From: Candidatus Omnitrophota bacterium
GTDB taxonomy: Bacteria; Omnitrophota; Gorgyraeia; Zapsychrales; Zapsychraceae
Length of the DNA stretch: 64,000 bases
NCBI GenBank assembly: GCA_035292445.1
Contig: DATDQB010000020.1
Coordinates: forward strand, 91,484-155,483
Direction: 5' to 3'
How positions within the stretch are numbered: the first letter of the stretch is position 1; each line of letters opens with the position of its first letter. This document shows positions 9,424 through 19,336 of this stretch, in pieces. The notes under the pieces were generated by a model. That model saw nothing but the letters and a program-made list of their open reading frames with translations, searched no databases and was not told the origin of the DNA. The position numbers were made by a program, and so were the translations under genes.

Positions 9424-10255
9424 GCGCGTACTCCTTGAGCCCTTCAAGTAAACTTTCTATATCCTCATCTGAGATCTTGCTCTTATGGTGCCACTGCATA
9501 TTATGTTCGGCAATTCCGACGCCTTTTCCCTTAACGGTATGGCAAACAATGGCTGTGGGCTTGCCCGCTTCATAAGGCACATCTTTGAGGGCTTTCTTTA
9601 ATTGCGCCACGTTATGCCCGTCTACCTCACGAACACTAAATCCGAACGCTTTCCACTTATCGGCAAAAGGTTCCATATCCAGCACTTCAAACGTTGAGCC
9701 GTAAGACTGATGCTTGTTATAATCGACAATCACCGTCAAATTATCCAGCTTATGCTTTGCCGCACAAAGGGCCGCTTCCCAAACAGAACCTTCATTACAC
9801 TCCCCATCACCGACCACAACAAAGACACGATGATCGGCTTTCTCGAACTTGGCATTGATGGCCATGCCGACACCAATGGATAATCCATGCCCCAGGCTTC
9901 CCGTTGAGGCCTCCACCCCGGGCACTTTATGTTCCGGGTGCCCGCCCAAAATACCGTCGGACTTGCAAAACTTCCAAAGCTCTTCCTCGGCAATAAAACC
10001 TTTTTCCGCCAACAGGACATATAAAGCGATGCAGCCATGCCCTTTGCTTAAGATACACCGGTCCCTTTCCGGCCATTTCGGGTTTTTGGCATCATATTTT
10101 AAGATATCGTCATAAAGGACGCGCAAGATCTCAACGAGGGAAAATGATGCCCCCACATGCCCGCGCCGCCCGGCCTGCAATGTTTTGATGATCATCTCGC
10201 GCAGATGCTTTGAACGATCATCCAGCCCGATCTTACTGTCTTTGAAATCATTCAT
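9416..10255 (-). CDS. Transketolase, N-terminal (ThDP-binding) subunit
   Basis: LSKGH, STGSLGHG, GDGECNEG..WEA. Confidence 0.92.
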   Translation of the reverse strand: MNDFKDSKIGLDDRSKHLREMIIKTLQAGRRGHVGASFSLVEILRVLYDDILKYDAKNPKWPERDRCILSKGHGCIALYVLLAEKGFIAEEELWKFCKSDGILGGHPEHKVPGVEASTGSLGHGLSIGVGMAINAKFEKADHRVFVVVGDGECNEGSVWEAALCAAKHKLDNLTVIVDYNKHQSYGSTFEVLDMEPFADKWKAFGFSVREVDGHNVAQLKKALKDVPYEAGKPTAIVCHTVKGKGVGIAEHNMQWHHKSKISDEDIESLLEGLKEYAHA

Positions 10256-12040
10256 TTACGCCACCTTGACTTTGTTGAGCATATTCTTGGCTTTTTGCAA
10301 TTGCATGGCCAATACATCAAGCTTGTTAAGCTCATAAGCATTAGAAAAATGCCGGCGCTGCCACTCGCCCACAACAAATTCGTTAAGGAAGATCAAGCAC
10401 CACTTTAAGGCGAATAACGGATATAACGCATCGGCCCTCTCTTGCTGTTTCTTATCAAATTGAAAGGCCTTGGCAAACTCATCTCTAAAAGCCCGCTTTA
10501 GATCATCCTTGAGTTCCATCGCGGGATGAAGCTGAAAATCGGCGATGGTCTTGGCCGGATCATCCCAGCCGAAGTATTCAAAGTCCAAGAATATGATCCC
10601 CTTATCAGGCGTGCGCAAGGCATTATGAAAACCGAAATCCGAAGGGCTTAGCGTTCTTTCTTTATCCAGAAGAACGTTTTCCAATTTGCCCTCTAATCTT
10701 TTCGCAATGCCATCTAACAGCGGCCCAAACTCATTTTTCAAGAACTGCTGGCAATCCTTATAGATCTTTTCTTTCTCATCCGCATCATATAAACGCCCCA
10801 GCCTCATCCGAATATTGGCGATGATATCCTTGGCCGAGAAAAACGCCTCCGATGCCGGGGCGAAATGCCGGCTTTCATCTGCTGCCGTCAAATCCTTCAG
10901 CCGTTTCAAGAAACCGACGGCGAATTTGATATCTTTGGCCGCGATCGTTTCCGGATGAAACGCTTCTCCTTCGATATATTCATAAAGAGCAAACCCTTCT
11001 TTTTCATTCTTAGACAGCGGTTGCGGCACACAACCGATCCCGTTCTTCCTCAAAAAGTTCAAACCTTTATATTCGGTATTTAACCGGTCCCGCTGATCCT
11101 GAGGGTGCCGGAAATAAAACTTGGCGATATACTTTTCCTTTGCGCCTTTAAGGAAGAATACCTGGCTGTTGGCCCCGCCTTTGATCTCTGATACCTCTTG
11201 GATATCATCCGTCAATAGAGCTTGCGCCAGTTCTTTTACCTGCTTTGTGTCACGATGCCGTTCTAGCAGTGGAGCCCTATGGACAAAGCCTGTGGTAGCA
11301 TTTTGTTCTACCCTGCTTCGCTCCAATGTTTCCACGTTGGAGCTTCGCAGGGTTATCCGCCGCGAAAACATTTCGGGCTTTGCCCCTTGGCGAACATCCG
11401 CCGAAGCCCCGACAAGTTCGGGGCGAAGGCGGATAAAGATGTATTCATTGATCTCTCTCCATGAGCCCAAGACCTTGACATCAGCTAAATTCATTCCCTT
11501 GTCCAACGGTGAAAAAAGGACCTTTCGAACGCTTTTGGGAAAAGACGGTTCCATGAACGTCTCCTCCAGATCATCTACAAAATAACTGCACCCTAACGCC
11601 CGGATGCGCTCGATTTTTTCCTGCCTTGTCGATTCGAAATAAACCTGGGATGGATCTAAACCCAACCCGTTCTTCTCAAAGAAACGATTTTCCTTCATCC
11701 AAGCTAAAGCTGTCTTTTGAAGATCAATACCATCTTTATCCATCGAAGCAAATCGGGTCTTATGGCTGATGATGGCGAGCTTAATACCTTGCCTTTGACA
11801 TTGACCGAAAAACTCTGCCACGCCGTCCATCAGCTGGGCCTGTTCCATTCCCCTGCCATAAATATAGGCCTGTAACTTCTGCCACTTCGCCTCGCCATCT
11901 GGCAGTTGGCGTACCGCATCGCGTATCGCTTTTTTGTTTTGCCCCATCTTTTTGGGAATATACCCGTTGCCAAGGGCCGTGCTGTATAAAACCCTGTCAT
12001 AGCTGACGATCGTGTTATCGAAATCGACGCCAAGGATCAT
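10256..12040 (-). CDS. HAD-like phosphatase / APH-type phosphotransferase fusion with repeat-derived linker
   Basis: N-terminal DFDNT and FVDDL (HAD); C-terminal GGANS, SPSDFGFHN, DFEYFGWDD (APH/choline-kinase-like). Confidence 0.8.
   Translation of the reverse strand: MILGVDFDNTIVSYDRVLYSTALGNGYIPKKMGQNKKAIRDAVRQLPDGEAKWQKLQAYIYGRGMEQAQLMDGVAEFFGQCQRQGIKLAIISHKTRFASMDKDGIDLQKTALAWMKENRFFEKNGLGLDPSQVYFESTRQEKIERIRALGCSYFVDDLEETFMEPSFPKSVRKVLFSPLDKGMNLADVKVLGSWREINEYIFIRLRPELVGASADVRQGAKPEMFSRRITLRSSNVETLERSRVEQNATTGFVHRAPLLERHRDTKQVKELAQALLTDDIQEVSEIKGGANSQVFFLKGAKEKYIAKFYFRHPQDQRDRLNTEYKGLNFLRKNGIGCVPQPLSKNEKEGFALYEYIEGEAFHPETIAAKDIKFAVGFLKRLKDLTAADESRHFAPASEAFFSAKDIIANIRMRLGRLYDADEKEKIYKDCQQFLKNEFGPLLDGIAKRLEGKLENVLLDKERTLSPSDFGFHNALRTPDKGIIFLDFEYFGWDDPAKTIADFQLHPAMELKDDLKRAFRDEFAKAFQFDKKQQERADALYPLFALKWCLIFLNEFVVGEWQRRHFSNAYELNKLDVLAMQLQKAKNMLNKVKVA
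11268..11434. repeat. Cluster of REP-like palindromes inside a CDS
   Basis: 11310-11353 matches 19337-19380 at 42/44; 11396-11434 ccgccgaagc...gcgaaggcgg matches 19409-19451; extra imperfect hairpin 11268-11299. Confidence 0.85.
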
Positions 12041-12044
12041 ATGT

Positions 12045-13070
12045 TTACGATACTCCACTGATCAACGGTTGCGTTTTCAACATTTTGATATTGTAATAAC
12101 GGATATTGTTCAACGGGTCTTCAAATTTATTGGCCTGAAAGGCTTTGATCAGATCGCGTACCGCGTCTTCGATCGTGTGCCTTGGGACAAAGTTCAATTC
12201 CCTCTTGATCTTTTCGGAGGAGATCCGGTACGAGCGGATATCATCCGAAGGTGTTGTCTCAATGGCGATCTTTTTCTCGGGGCACTTCTCTTCAACTATC
12301 CTTTTAACGATATCGGCAATATCGGATATGGATCTGTTCTGATAACCGACGTTATAGGCTTGGCCGGCGATCCTTTCCTTCGGCATATCCAAGAGCATCA
12401 CATACAGATCCGTTATATCCTCGATATGGATATTGGGCCGCTCCTGCTTGCCGCCGAAGACCATGATCTTATTATTGTTATAGGCATAGTTCGTTAAAAT
12501 GTTGACGGATAGATCAAAACGCTGCCGGGGGGAAAACCCACAAACCGTGGCCGGGCGGATGATGCAGGTCGTAAAATCGCCAGCCTGGTACTTTAAAAGG
12601 ATCGGCTCACAAAGCCCCTTATACTTGTTGTAGTCGGTAATAGGAAGAAAGGGATGGTCTTCGGTAACTTCCGGCGCATCGCTGATCCCATACACGCTGC
12701 AGGTCGAAGCGTAAATAAAGCGTTTAACGCCGCTGTCACGGCTGATCTGAACCAGGGGCTCGAAACACTCATAATTCACCTTCCTGCTTAGAGCGGGGTC
12801 CAGATCAAAGGTCGGATCATTGGAAATGCAGGCCAAGTGAATAACAACGTCACAGCCTGCCAAGGCCTTTTTAAGGAGCGACTTATCACAAATATCGCCT
12901 TTGATCTCTTCAAGGTTGGATTTATCCTCGATCTCATCAAAGACATCCTCACCGTAGGTATATAGATCAATTACCTTTACGCGATAGCCTTTCTTGAGGA
13001 GCTTCGGGACCAAAACAGCACCGACATAACCGGCCCCACCCGTGACAAGAATAGTCCTGAAATTACTCAT
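12045..13070 (-). CDS. Extended SDR NDP-sugar epimerase/dehydratase
   Basis: TGGAGYVG, STCSVYG, YNKYK, RFDLSVN. Confidence 0.9.
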   Translation of the reverse strand: MSNFRTILVTGGAGYVGAVLVPKLLKKGYRVKVIDLYTYGEDVFDEIEDKSNLEEIKGDICDKSLLKKALAGCDVVIHLACISNDPTFDLDPALSRKVNYECFEPLVQISRDSGVKRFIYASTCSVYGISDAPEVTEDHPFLPITDYNKYKGLCEPILLKYQAGDFTTCIIRPATVCGFSPRQRFDLSVNILTNYAYNNNKIMVFGGKQERPNIHIEDITDLYVMLLDMPKERIAGQAYNVGYQNRSISDIADIVKRIVEEKCPEKKIAIETTPSDDIRSYRISSEKIKRELNFVPRHTIEDAVRDLIKAFQANKFEDPLNNIRYYNIKMLKTQPLISGVS

Positions 13071-13668
13071 GGATAACGGCCCTTTCTTTTAACTCAAGTT
13101 TTATGCTGTGGATCACATCGATCAATGAGTGGATAAGAAAATGGTGAAGGCATTCCACATGTCCGTAATGCGATGTGGGCACATAAAAGTTGATGTCCCC
13201 TTTACTTCTTAATGAATTATCCGTCTTAAATCCGGAGAAAGTTATGACGCGAAGTCCTTTTTCTTTGGCGGCTTGGACGCCTCGAAGGATATTCTCGGAC
13301 TGGCCGGAGCTGCTGACCGCGCAAAGGATATCATTGGATTCGGCGAACATCTCGATAGGCTTGGCGAAGACATTTTCGTAGCCTTCATCATTGCTGATGC
13401 AGGTCAGGAGGCTGCTGTCGTTAAAGGCGAGCGCTTTGATGCCGGCGTTCTTCCAGAAATCCGTTGCCATATGGCTGGCGATGGCGGCACTGCCCCCATT
13501 GCCGATAAAAAGGAGCTTCCCCTCGGCGTTACTTTGTTCCATGATCATATTGATGGCCTTCTCGAGGGCTTCCTCAACGAGAACGGATGATCCCTCGGTG
13601 GTGGTGGCCTGGATCTTATGAAACAGCTCCTGCACTTTCTGGCGGTTCTGTTTGATTTTATCGATCAT
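13063..13668 (-). CDS. gmhA: Phosphoheptose isomerase-like SIS protein
   Basis: GNGGSAAIASH, ISND.GY, SSSGQSEN, E..H. Confidence 0.85.
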   Translation of the reverse strand: MIDKIKQNRQKVQELFHKIQATTTEGSSVLVEEALEKAINMIMEQSNAEGKLLFIGNGGSAAIASHMATDFWKNAGIKALAFNDSSLLTCISNDEGYENVFAKPIEMFAESNDILCAVSSSGQSENILRGVQAAKEKGLRVITFSGFKTDNSLRSKGDINFYVPTSHYGHVECLHHFLIHSLIDVIHSIKLELKERAVIHE

Positions 13669-15197
13669 TTTAGTAACCTCGTTATGAATTTGATTAGGTC
13701 AACGGAATCTACGGAATCGCGGTTGCAGACGATCTGGCACGCCAACGAACCGACCGCATTGCCGATAAACGAAACCACTTCCTGAGGTAAACCGGCCGCA
13801 AAACACGGCGCGATAAAAGCGAAAAAGGCGTCCCCCGCGCCTATGGGATCGATGACCTTATCGGAGAATGCCGGCGTTTCATGGAACCCATGGGCCTTGG
13901 AATAGCAAATGGAGCCTGCAGGCCCCCGCGTGGCAATGATGTGCTCACACCCGATCTGTTCGTATATCTTTTTAGAAAGATCGCGCACATCGCCGAATCT
14001 GTCATGGGCGGCGTAACGCAGCTCCATTTCATCGATACAGACACAATTGGCATGCCGGTATTTGGTCACCAAATTAAATCCCGCATTGGCGCTGTTAGTC
14101 TGGACGTTGAGGGCCAGGTATTTGGACTTTTCGCAAAGGATCTGGCGTATCCTTTCCGTTAAGAATCCGTGCCCGAAATCAGATACGACAACCAGATCAT
14201 ATTTATCGATCACTTTAGTTAACTGTTTTATGATCCTTGTTTCCTCTCTTTTGGGTATATCCGTGTCATTCATATAGCAGATCTGGAATTGCTTACGTAA
14301 GGTTTCATTGCTCACAAAACGCCTTTTGACCGTCGTGCCAGTATCATTGCGATAATAAAATAAGGGGTTTATTTTTTTGCTTAACTTACTTTCGATAAAA
14401 TCTTGGTAGGTATTCTCAGCGCCTAAGACCGTTATTAGATCCACGTTCTCGCAAACGCTGGCCACATTATTGGCCGTCGCCAATGCCCCTCCCGCGAAGA
14501 TCTCCTCCGACTTGTATTTATTGACGATCACTTCCGCTTTAGAAGAGCGGCCCATTGGAGTGCAATAATGATATTCGTCAATGATGGCATCGCCGATGAC
14601 CAGGACTTTAAGCTTATTAAGCCCTTTAATTGCGTTGACGATATAATCAATTGTGTAGCGTTTTGAAATAGCTTTCAAATATTTCACGGTGCGCGGGGGG
14701 AAGGTATCTAATTGGCTATTGATAATGCTGGAAGAGCTGAAGGTAATATCATCTGTAAAGGCGAGGCGGCCTCCAATGGATTTGACCGCCTCCTCTTCTT
14801 CGTAGATCATTCCCGTGACATCTTTTTCTTTCTGTTTATACTCGCTTCCCTTAACATAAACATCGGGTTTTAATGCTTTGATGAAATCCGTTGCCGTCGG
14901 GGCATCGATAATACAGACATAATCCGTTATTTGAAGGGATGCGAGGGTCTCGGCCCTTAAATTCTCATTGAAGAAAGGCCTGCCGGGCCCTCTTTTGACA
15001 TGCTGGTCGCTTGTCGTGCTGACAACCAGGATATCCCCTTCTTTTTTGGCCAGATTAAAATGACGGATGTGGCCCAAATGGACGATGTCAAAGACGCCGT
15101 GGCACAGGACGACTTCCTTGCCCTTGCCTTTTAGACCGGCAACGATCTTAGATAATTCGTCAATTGACTTAATCTTATCCAATGTTGTATCGATCAT
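13665..15197 (-). CDS. Bifunctional nucleotidyltransferase + PfkB sugar kinase (HldE-like, reversed domain order)
   Basis: N-terminal HGVFDIVHLGH, KRGPGRP; C-terminal SDFGHG, DPIGAGDAF. Confidence 0.88.
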   Translation of the reverse strand: MIDTTLDKIKSIDELSKIVAGLKGKGKEVVLCHGVFDIVHLGHIRHFNLAKKEGDILVVSTTSDQHVKRGPGRPFFNENLRAETLASLQITDYVCIIDAPTATDFIKALKPDVYVKGSEYKQKEKDVTGMIYEEEEAVKSIGGRLAFTDDITFSSSSIINSQLDTFPPRTVKYLKAISKRYTIDYIVNAIKGLNKLKVLVIGDAIIDEYHYCTPMGRSSKAEVIVNKYKSEEIFAGGALATANNVASVCENVDLITVLGAENTYQDFIESKLSKKINPLFYYRNDTGTTVKRRFVSNETLRKQFQICYMNDTDIPKREETRIIKQLTKVIDKYDLVVVSDFGHGFLTERIRQILCEKSKYLALNVQTNSANAGFNLVTKYRHANCVCIDEMELRYAAHDRFGDVRDLSKKIYEQIGCEHIIATRGPAGSICYSKAHGFHETPAFSDKVIDPIGAGDAFFAFIAPCFAAGLPQEVVSFIGNAVGSLACQIVCNRDSVDSVDLIKFITRLLK

Positions 15198-15200
15198 GGA

Positions 15201-16190
15201 TCAACCCCTTACAAGATATTTAAACCAATCCTCTGTGGCTTTTTCGATGGATTCCGGCGTCCAAACAGGCGCGCTGCGCCAATAATCGATGTTTTCCAAA
15301 ATTTTGCGGACCCCTTCTTCAAAAGATACCTTCGGCCGCCATCCGAGACGATCGCAGATCTTTTTATTGTCGGCCCAGGTACAATCCGGCTCACCCGGAC
15401 GTTTTGGGATGTAAATTTTCTCCCCTCCCAACAAGCTGACAAGTTTATTGACGCTCTGCGGATTACCCGTGCCCACATTGAATACTTCGTTCTCAATATT
15501 TGAGTTAGCGGCCTTGACAAACGCCTCTGCTACGTCCGTTACATATATAAAATCCCGTGTTTGTTCGCCGTCACCGACAACGGTAAACGGCCTCCCATTA
15601 AGTTTTTGGGCCAAAAAGACCCCGAAAACAGCCCCATAAGTTCCTGACGTTCTTGAACGCGTCCCGTAGACATTGAATAACCGCAACGATATGACCGGCA
15701 TCTTATAGATCTGCCCCCAATGCAAAGCAGTCTCCTCCCCCAGATATTTTGTAAGGGCATATGGATATTGAGGATTGATCGGCGCTGTTTCGGCGGTAGG
15801 ATAGAAATCCTGCGGCGGGATGCCATAACAGGAAGAAGACGCGGTATAGATGAACCGCTTGATATGGTGCCGGCGTGAGGCCTCCAGTACATTCATGGCC
15901 CCTAATACGTTAGAGGTGTAATATTCCCTTGGGTTAACGATGGAAGGCACAATATCCGCCAATGCGGCCAAATGGAACACCTGATCTTTCCCCTTAAAGG
16001 CCGGTTCGATGGCCGTGTAATCCCTGATATCAGCTTCGATAAAAGTGATCCGTTCTTTGCAGTGCTCGAGATTGCTTGATCTGCCTGTCGAACAGTTATC
16101 GATGACCGTCACTTTATGGCCATCGGCCAATAAGCGGTCAACCAGATGACTGCCGATGAATCCCGCTCCTCCTGTTACGACAACGTTCAT
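15201..16190 (-). CDS. NDP-sugar epimerase (UDP-glucose 4-epimerase-like)
   Basis: TGGAGFIG, YALTK, RDFIYV. Confidence 0.9.
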   Translation of the reverse strand: MNVVVTGGAGFIGSHLVDRLLADGHKVTVIDNCSTGRSSNLEHCKERITFIEADIRDYTAIEPAFKGKDQVFHLAALADIVPSIVNPREYYTSNVLGAMNVLEASRRHHIKRFIYTASSSCYGIPPQDFYPTAETAPINPQYPYALTKYLGEETALHWGQIYKMPVISLRLFNVYGTRSRTSGTYGAVFGVFLAQKLNGRPFTVVGDGEQTRDFIYVTDVAEAFVKAANSNIENEVFNVGTGNPQSVNKLVSLLGGEKIYIPKRPGEPDCTWADNKKICDRLGWRPKVSFEEGVRKILENIDYWRSAPVWTPESIEKATEDWFKYLVRG

Positions 16191-16735
16191 GCTTTCGCCC
16201 CAATAAAAGTGTGGTTTCTGGAAATTTCGGTAATGAGGTCCACGAACCTGTTGCCGTTCAACTGATCCAGACCGACATTTTCTTTGCCAATGAGAAGAAC
16301 GCCGTTGATACCTTCCGAAGGCAAAGTATTTAAGACACTGATGTGGCCATCGGGAAGTTTCAATTCATGGAACGCCTTTTCAATAAGAATGGTCAGATCG
16401 CTCTCGCTGTACACATAAAACTCCCGAATGCCTTCTTTATAAAGGTTCAGAATGACTTCCTTCACATTGTCTTTGATCATGCCGATATGGTTGATCGTGT
16501 TGATCGTATACTTGACTGATTTGCGCATCTTTTCGGAAAAGCCTTGGGGGGTGAGGAGGTATTGGACCTTGCGCTTGTTGAGCTGTATGATGCGGATATA
16601 ACCTTTGGTAATGAGCCGGCGGATCAGCATGTTGACCATCCCTAAGGACAGATCCATTTTTTGGGATAGATCGCGCTGATTGGAATCCAGCTCTTTACCT
16701 AGAATATTTAGTAACTCAAATTCGCGTTCATCCAT
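16187..16735 (-). CDS. MarR-type winged-helix regulator (EPS-associated family)
   Basis: QRDLSQKMDLSLGMVN...L..KGYI...YLLTPQG. Confidence 0.88.
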   Translation of the reverse strand: MDEREFELLNILGKELDSNQRDLSQKMDLSLGMVNMLIRRLITKGYIRIIQLNKRKVQYLLTPQGFSEKMRKSVKYTINTINHIGMIKDNVKEVILNLYKEGIREFYVYSESDLTILIEKAFHELKLPDGHISVLNTLPSEGINGVLLIGKENVGLDQLNGNRFVDLITEISRNHTFIGAKA

Positions 16736-16809
16736 ATTAGCTGCTTATTGGTGATGTAACTCGTTGATATCAATGATTTTTTCGATTAGCATAAATTAGG
16801 CGGAAGATT

Positions 16810-16839
16810 GTTCAATCTATGAACGTTCATATTCTGAAC
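16810..16839. promoter_or_regulatory. Tandem palindromic operator GTTCA-N5-TGAAC x2
   Basis: gttcaatctatgaac gttcatattctgaac directly downstream of the -10; assignment to the MarR protein is inference. Confidence 0.7.
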
Positions 16840-16841
16840 AT

Positions 16842-16869
16842 ATTATAAGCCCATATTCCGGTCAGTCAA
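16842..16869 (-). promoter_or_regulatory. Sigma70-like promoter of the sugar operon
   Basis: TTGACT-N16-TATAAT. Confidence 0.65.
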
Positions 16870-16937
16870 GCACAAATTATAGTAACGGGATCACAAAATT
16901 GGGGAGGGTTTTGATTCGACGAGAAGCCGGTGCCAAC

Positions 16938-17306
16938 TCATTCCTGAATATATGGATAATCCTTTGATCTAAGGACCTCTTCCGCCTTTTTTAATTCCTT
17001 GCCGAAATAAGCGATATGCTCCTTACTGGTAAGCCATGGCCGGCCTTGCTGCTTTTCGACCTTAAAAAGGTGATGATAGACCTGCTGACAGCTCTTCCCG
17101 CGGAAGATCTTGATGATCTTATGCATTTTAGTACAAACGGCCACTTCGATAACGCCTTTTTCCCGGTCCACTTTTATTAACAAGTAATGGCCCGAGGGCT
17201 CCATGCGAAAGTCCTTATATTCATCATAAGCGGGACACTCGATGGTTTCGCAGCCCTCATCCATCGATTGTTCTTTCCATTTAAACTTCGGTTCCTTTTT
17301 GTTCAT
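16938..17306 (-). CDS. DUF4346-like protein
   Basis: EP.GHYLLI..D...G.I.V...EHIAYFGKELKKAE...YIQE. Confidence 0.7.
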   Translation of the reverse strand: MNKKEPKFKWKEQSMDEGCETIECPAYDEYKDFRMEPSGHYLLIKVDREKGVIEVAVCTKMHKIIKIFRGKSCQQVYHHLFKVEKQQGRPWLTSKEHIAYFGKELKKAEEVLRSKDYPYIQE

Positions 17307-17318
17307 GTATTTTCCCCT

Positions 17319-19322
17319 TTAGAATTTCAAGTTCACGCCGAAATTGTAATTCTTCTTCGGAGCCGGATAAAAATCCTGTGTGTCGCTCGATTGGGACTTA
17401 ATGACCAGCGTATTGTATCTGTTGTTAAAGATATTATTTACCGCCGCGAAAACCTCTATATTTTTACTGCGAAAGGCGACCTTTCCGTCAACGACATAAT
17501 AACTTTCCGCTTTGGGCGTCTCGTTAAGGGTATCATTGATGGCAAACGTTGAGCCTATATACCTGCCGTTCAATGAGAGATTATAATGCTCTAAGAAACC
17601 AAGAATGAAGCCGTGGCTGAATTGATTATTAGGGGCCATGGGGATATCCCTGCCGTCAAAGGCGCCATCGACGAATTCAGGGTCCTGATAGGTATAATTG
17701 ACAAACGTCTCGAACTGGTCAAGAAAACCTACGTCAAAGAACTCAAGGATATCAACCCTATGCTCGGTCTCGATGCCGAGCCTCCTGGTTTCCCCATAAT
17801 TGGTGTTCTCGCCGAAGAAACCTGCCGTCGGATCAAAGAATATTTCGCTTTTAATATCGATCATATAACCCGTGAGGCTGGAAATTATCTTTTGGTCAAA
17901 ATTATGCTTTATTCCCAGTTCATATTGTTTCCCTGCCTGCTCATCGATATTGGTATTGAGCCCCGTGAATGCGCTGAACCATTCTTCCGTGGCCAGGAAA
18001 CGGAATGTCTGTTGAAAATTAAAATGGACATTGCTGCCCGGCGCATATTCATATTTCATCCCGCCCATCGCCACCGTCACTTCAGGGTCCTGTTCCTCAA
18101 AGGTTCCCGCGCTGCGATTGTCAAAAGTATATTCAGCCCGGTGATGCCTTTTGCCGGCATTAATATAAAAATTCTCGAAAGCCTCAACCTGCAGGTATCC
18201 GAAAATACCCAGCTCTTCTTTCTTGATCGTAAGATCTTCCGTTGAGAACATGCTTGTTGAATAAATATCATTTTTCGCATCTTGAAGGTCAAAGCCAACG
18301 ACAAAATCGACCTTCCGATCAAGGATCTCCCGGTCAAAGATATACTTGCCCGTGTAGGCCCTGGTTATGATATCACGATTGGTGGTAAATGAACCGGAAT
18401 CTTCCGTATTAACAATATCAAACACTTCCCGGTCCCGGTAATAAAAATCAAAAACAATATCGCCCAAATAATCGCTTTCCAACCAAGGCGTCAACTGTGT
18501 TGTTACCTGGACAAACTGGTCTTTGGTATCTGCATAATCATTCGGTGTTGCCGTGCTTTTCCGGCCGAACGTTTCGAGTTCCGATGCATTTAATCCCCCT
18601 GGCAGCTCCACGTTGTCCCGATGCTGTCCAAAAGTGACATCGAATGACACATGATCGTTAGGCTCATAGCCCATGCGGGAATTAAAGTTTCTTGTCAGCA
18701 TATCACTGTTATCGCGGTACCCACGGTCATCCAGATATTGGGAATAAAGATAATACGAAATCCCTTTTTGAGAACCGGAGAGCTCAAGATCCTCGCCTTT
18801 TCTTGAATAACTTCCATAAGTGGCCCCCAGTTTTCCGGAAAGATCCCCTTCACCCTCTTTGGTAATAATATTGATCACCCCGGCGACCGCGTTATCGCCA
18901 TAAAGAACAGAGGCTCCACCGCGTATAACCTCAATTCGTTCAACGGATCCTAAGGGGACCTGCGTAAGATCCGGCCCCGAAACATCGACGTTATTGATCT
19001 TGCGTCCGTTGACCAGAACCAACACATTCCTTCCGGCCGTATCGCCAAAACCCCGGATATCGATCGTCCTGGCCTTGTTCGTCCCGGCTTCATAAATAAA
19101 GACACCCAATACACTATAGAGAACATCCGATATGCTCTGGGCGCCGGAGGCCTCAATTCTTTCTTTGGGTATTACCGTTACGTTACCGGCAACCTCATAC
19201 TGCTCTTGCTCAAGCCGTGAGGCCGACACGACAATAGTGTCCAAATCTACGCTCAAGGCGGCATGCCCATTGCCTGTTAGAACGAATAATAACGAAAATA
19301 ATGCGCCTAAGGATCTTTTCAT
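17319..19322 (-). CDS. btuB: TonB-dependent receptor, probable cobalamin receptor
   Basis: Signal peptide, TonB box DTIVVSA, plug IEVIRG...LYG...GVINIITK, C-terminal Phe; downstream of a Cbl riboswitch. Confidence 0.82.
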   Translation of the reverse strand: MKRSLGALFSLLFVLTGNGHAALSVDLDTIVVSASRLEQEQYEVAGNVTVIPKERIEASGAQSISDVLYSVLGVFIYEAGTNKARTIDIRGFGDTAGRNVLVLVNGRKINNVDVSGPDLTQVPLGSVERIEVIRGGASVLYGDNAVAGVINIITKEGEGDLSGKLGATYGSYSRKGEDLELSGSQKGISYYLYSQYLDDRGYRDNSDMLTRNFNSRMGYEPNDHVSFDVTFGQHRDNVELPGGLNASELETFGRKSTATPNDYADTKDQFVQVTTQLTPWLESDYLGDIVFDFYYRDREVFDIVNTEDSGSFTTNRDIITRAYTGKYIFDREILDRKVDFVVGFDLQDAKNDIYSTSMFSTEDLTIKKEELGIFGYLQVEAFENFYINAGKRHHRAEYTFDNRSAGTFEEQDPEVTVAMGGMKYEYAPGSNVHFNFQQTFRFLATEEWFSAFTGLNTNIDEQAGKQYELGIKHNFDQKIISSLTGYMIDIKSEIFFDPTAGFFGENTNYGETRRLGIETEHRVDILEFFDVGFLDQFETFVNYTYQDPEFVDGAFDGRDIPMAPNNQFSHGFILGFLEHYNLSLNGRYIGSTFAINDTLNETPKAESYYVVDGKVAFRSKNIEVFAAVNNIFNNRYNTLVIKSQSSDTQDFYPAPKKNYNFGVNLKF

Positions 19323-19336
19323 TGATTCTCCATTTT

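Noticed and set aside
16764-16773. TTGATATCAA as an FNR box
   Set aside because: Lacks the 4-nt spacer of TTGAT-N4-ATCAA; I saw no canonical FNR box at the anaerobic promoters
17613-18245. Long antisense ORFs (e.g. 210 aa here, 173 aa at 30732-31253)
   Set aside because: Lie wholly opposite well-supported genes and show no motifs
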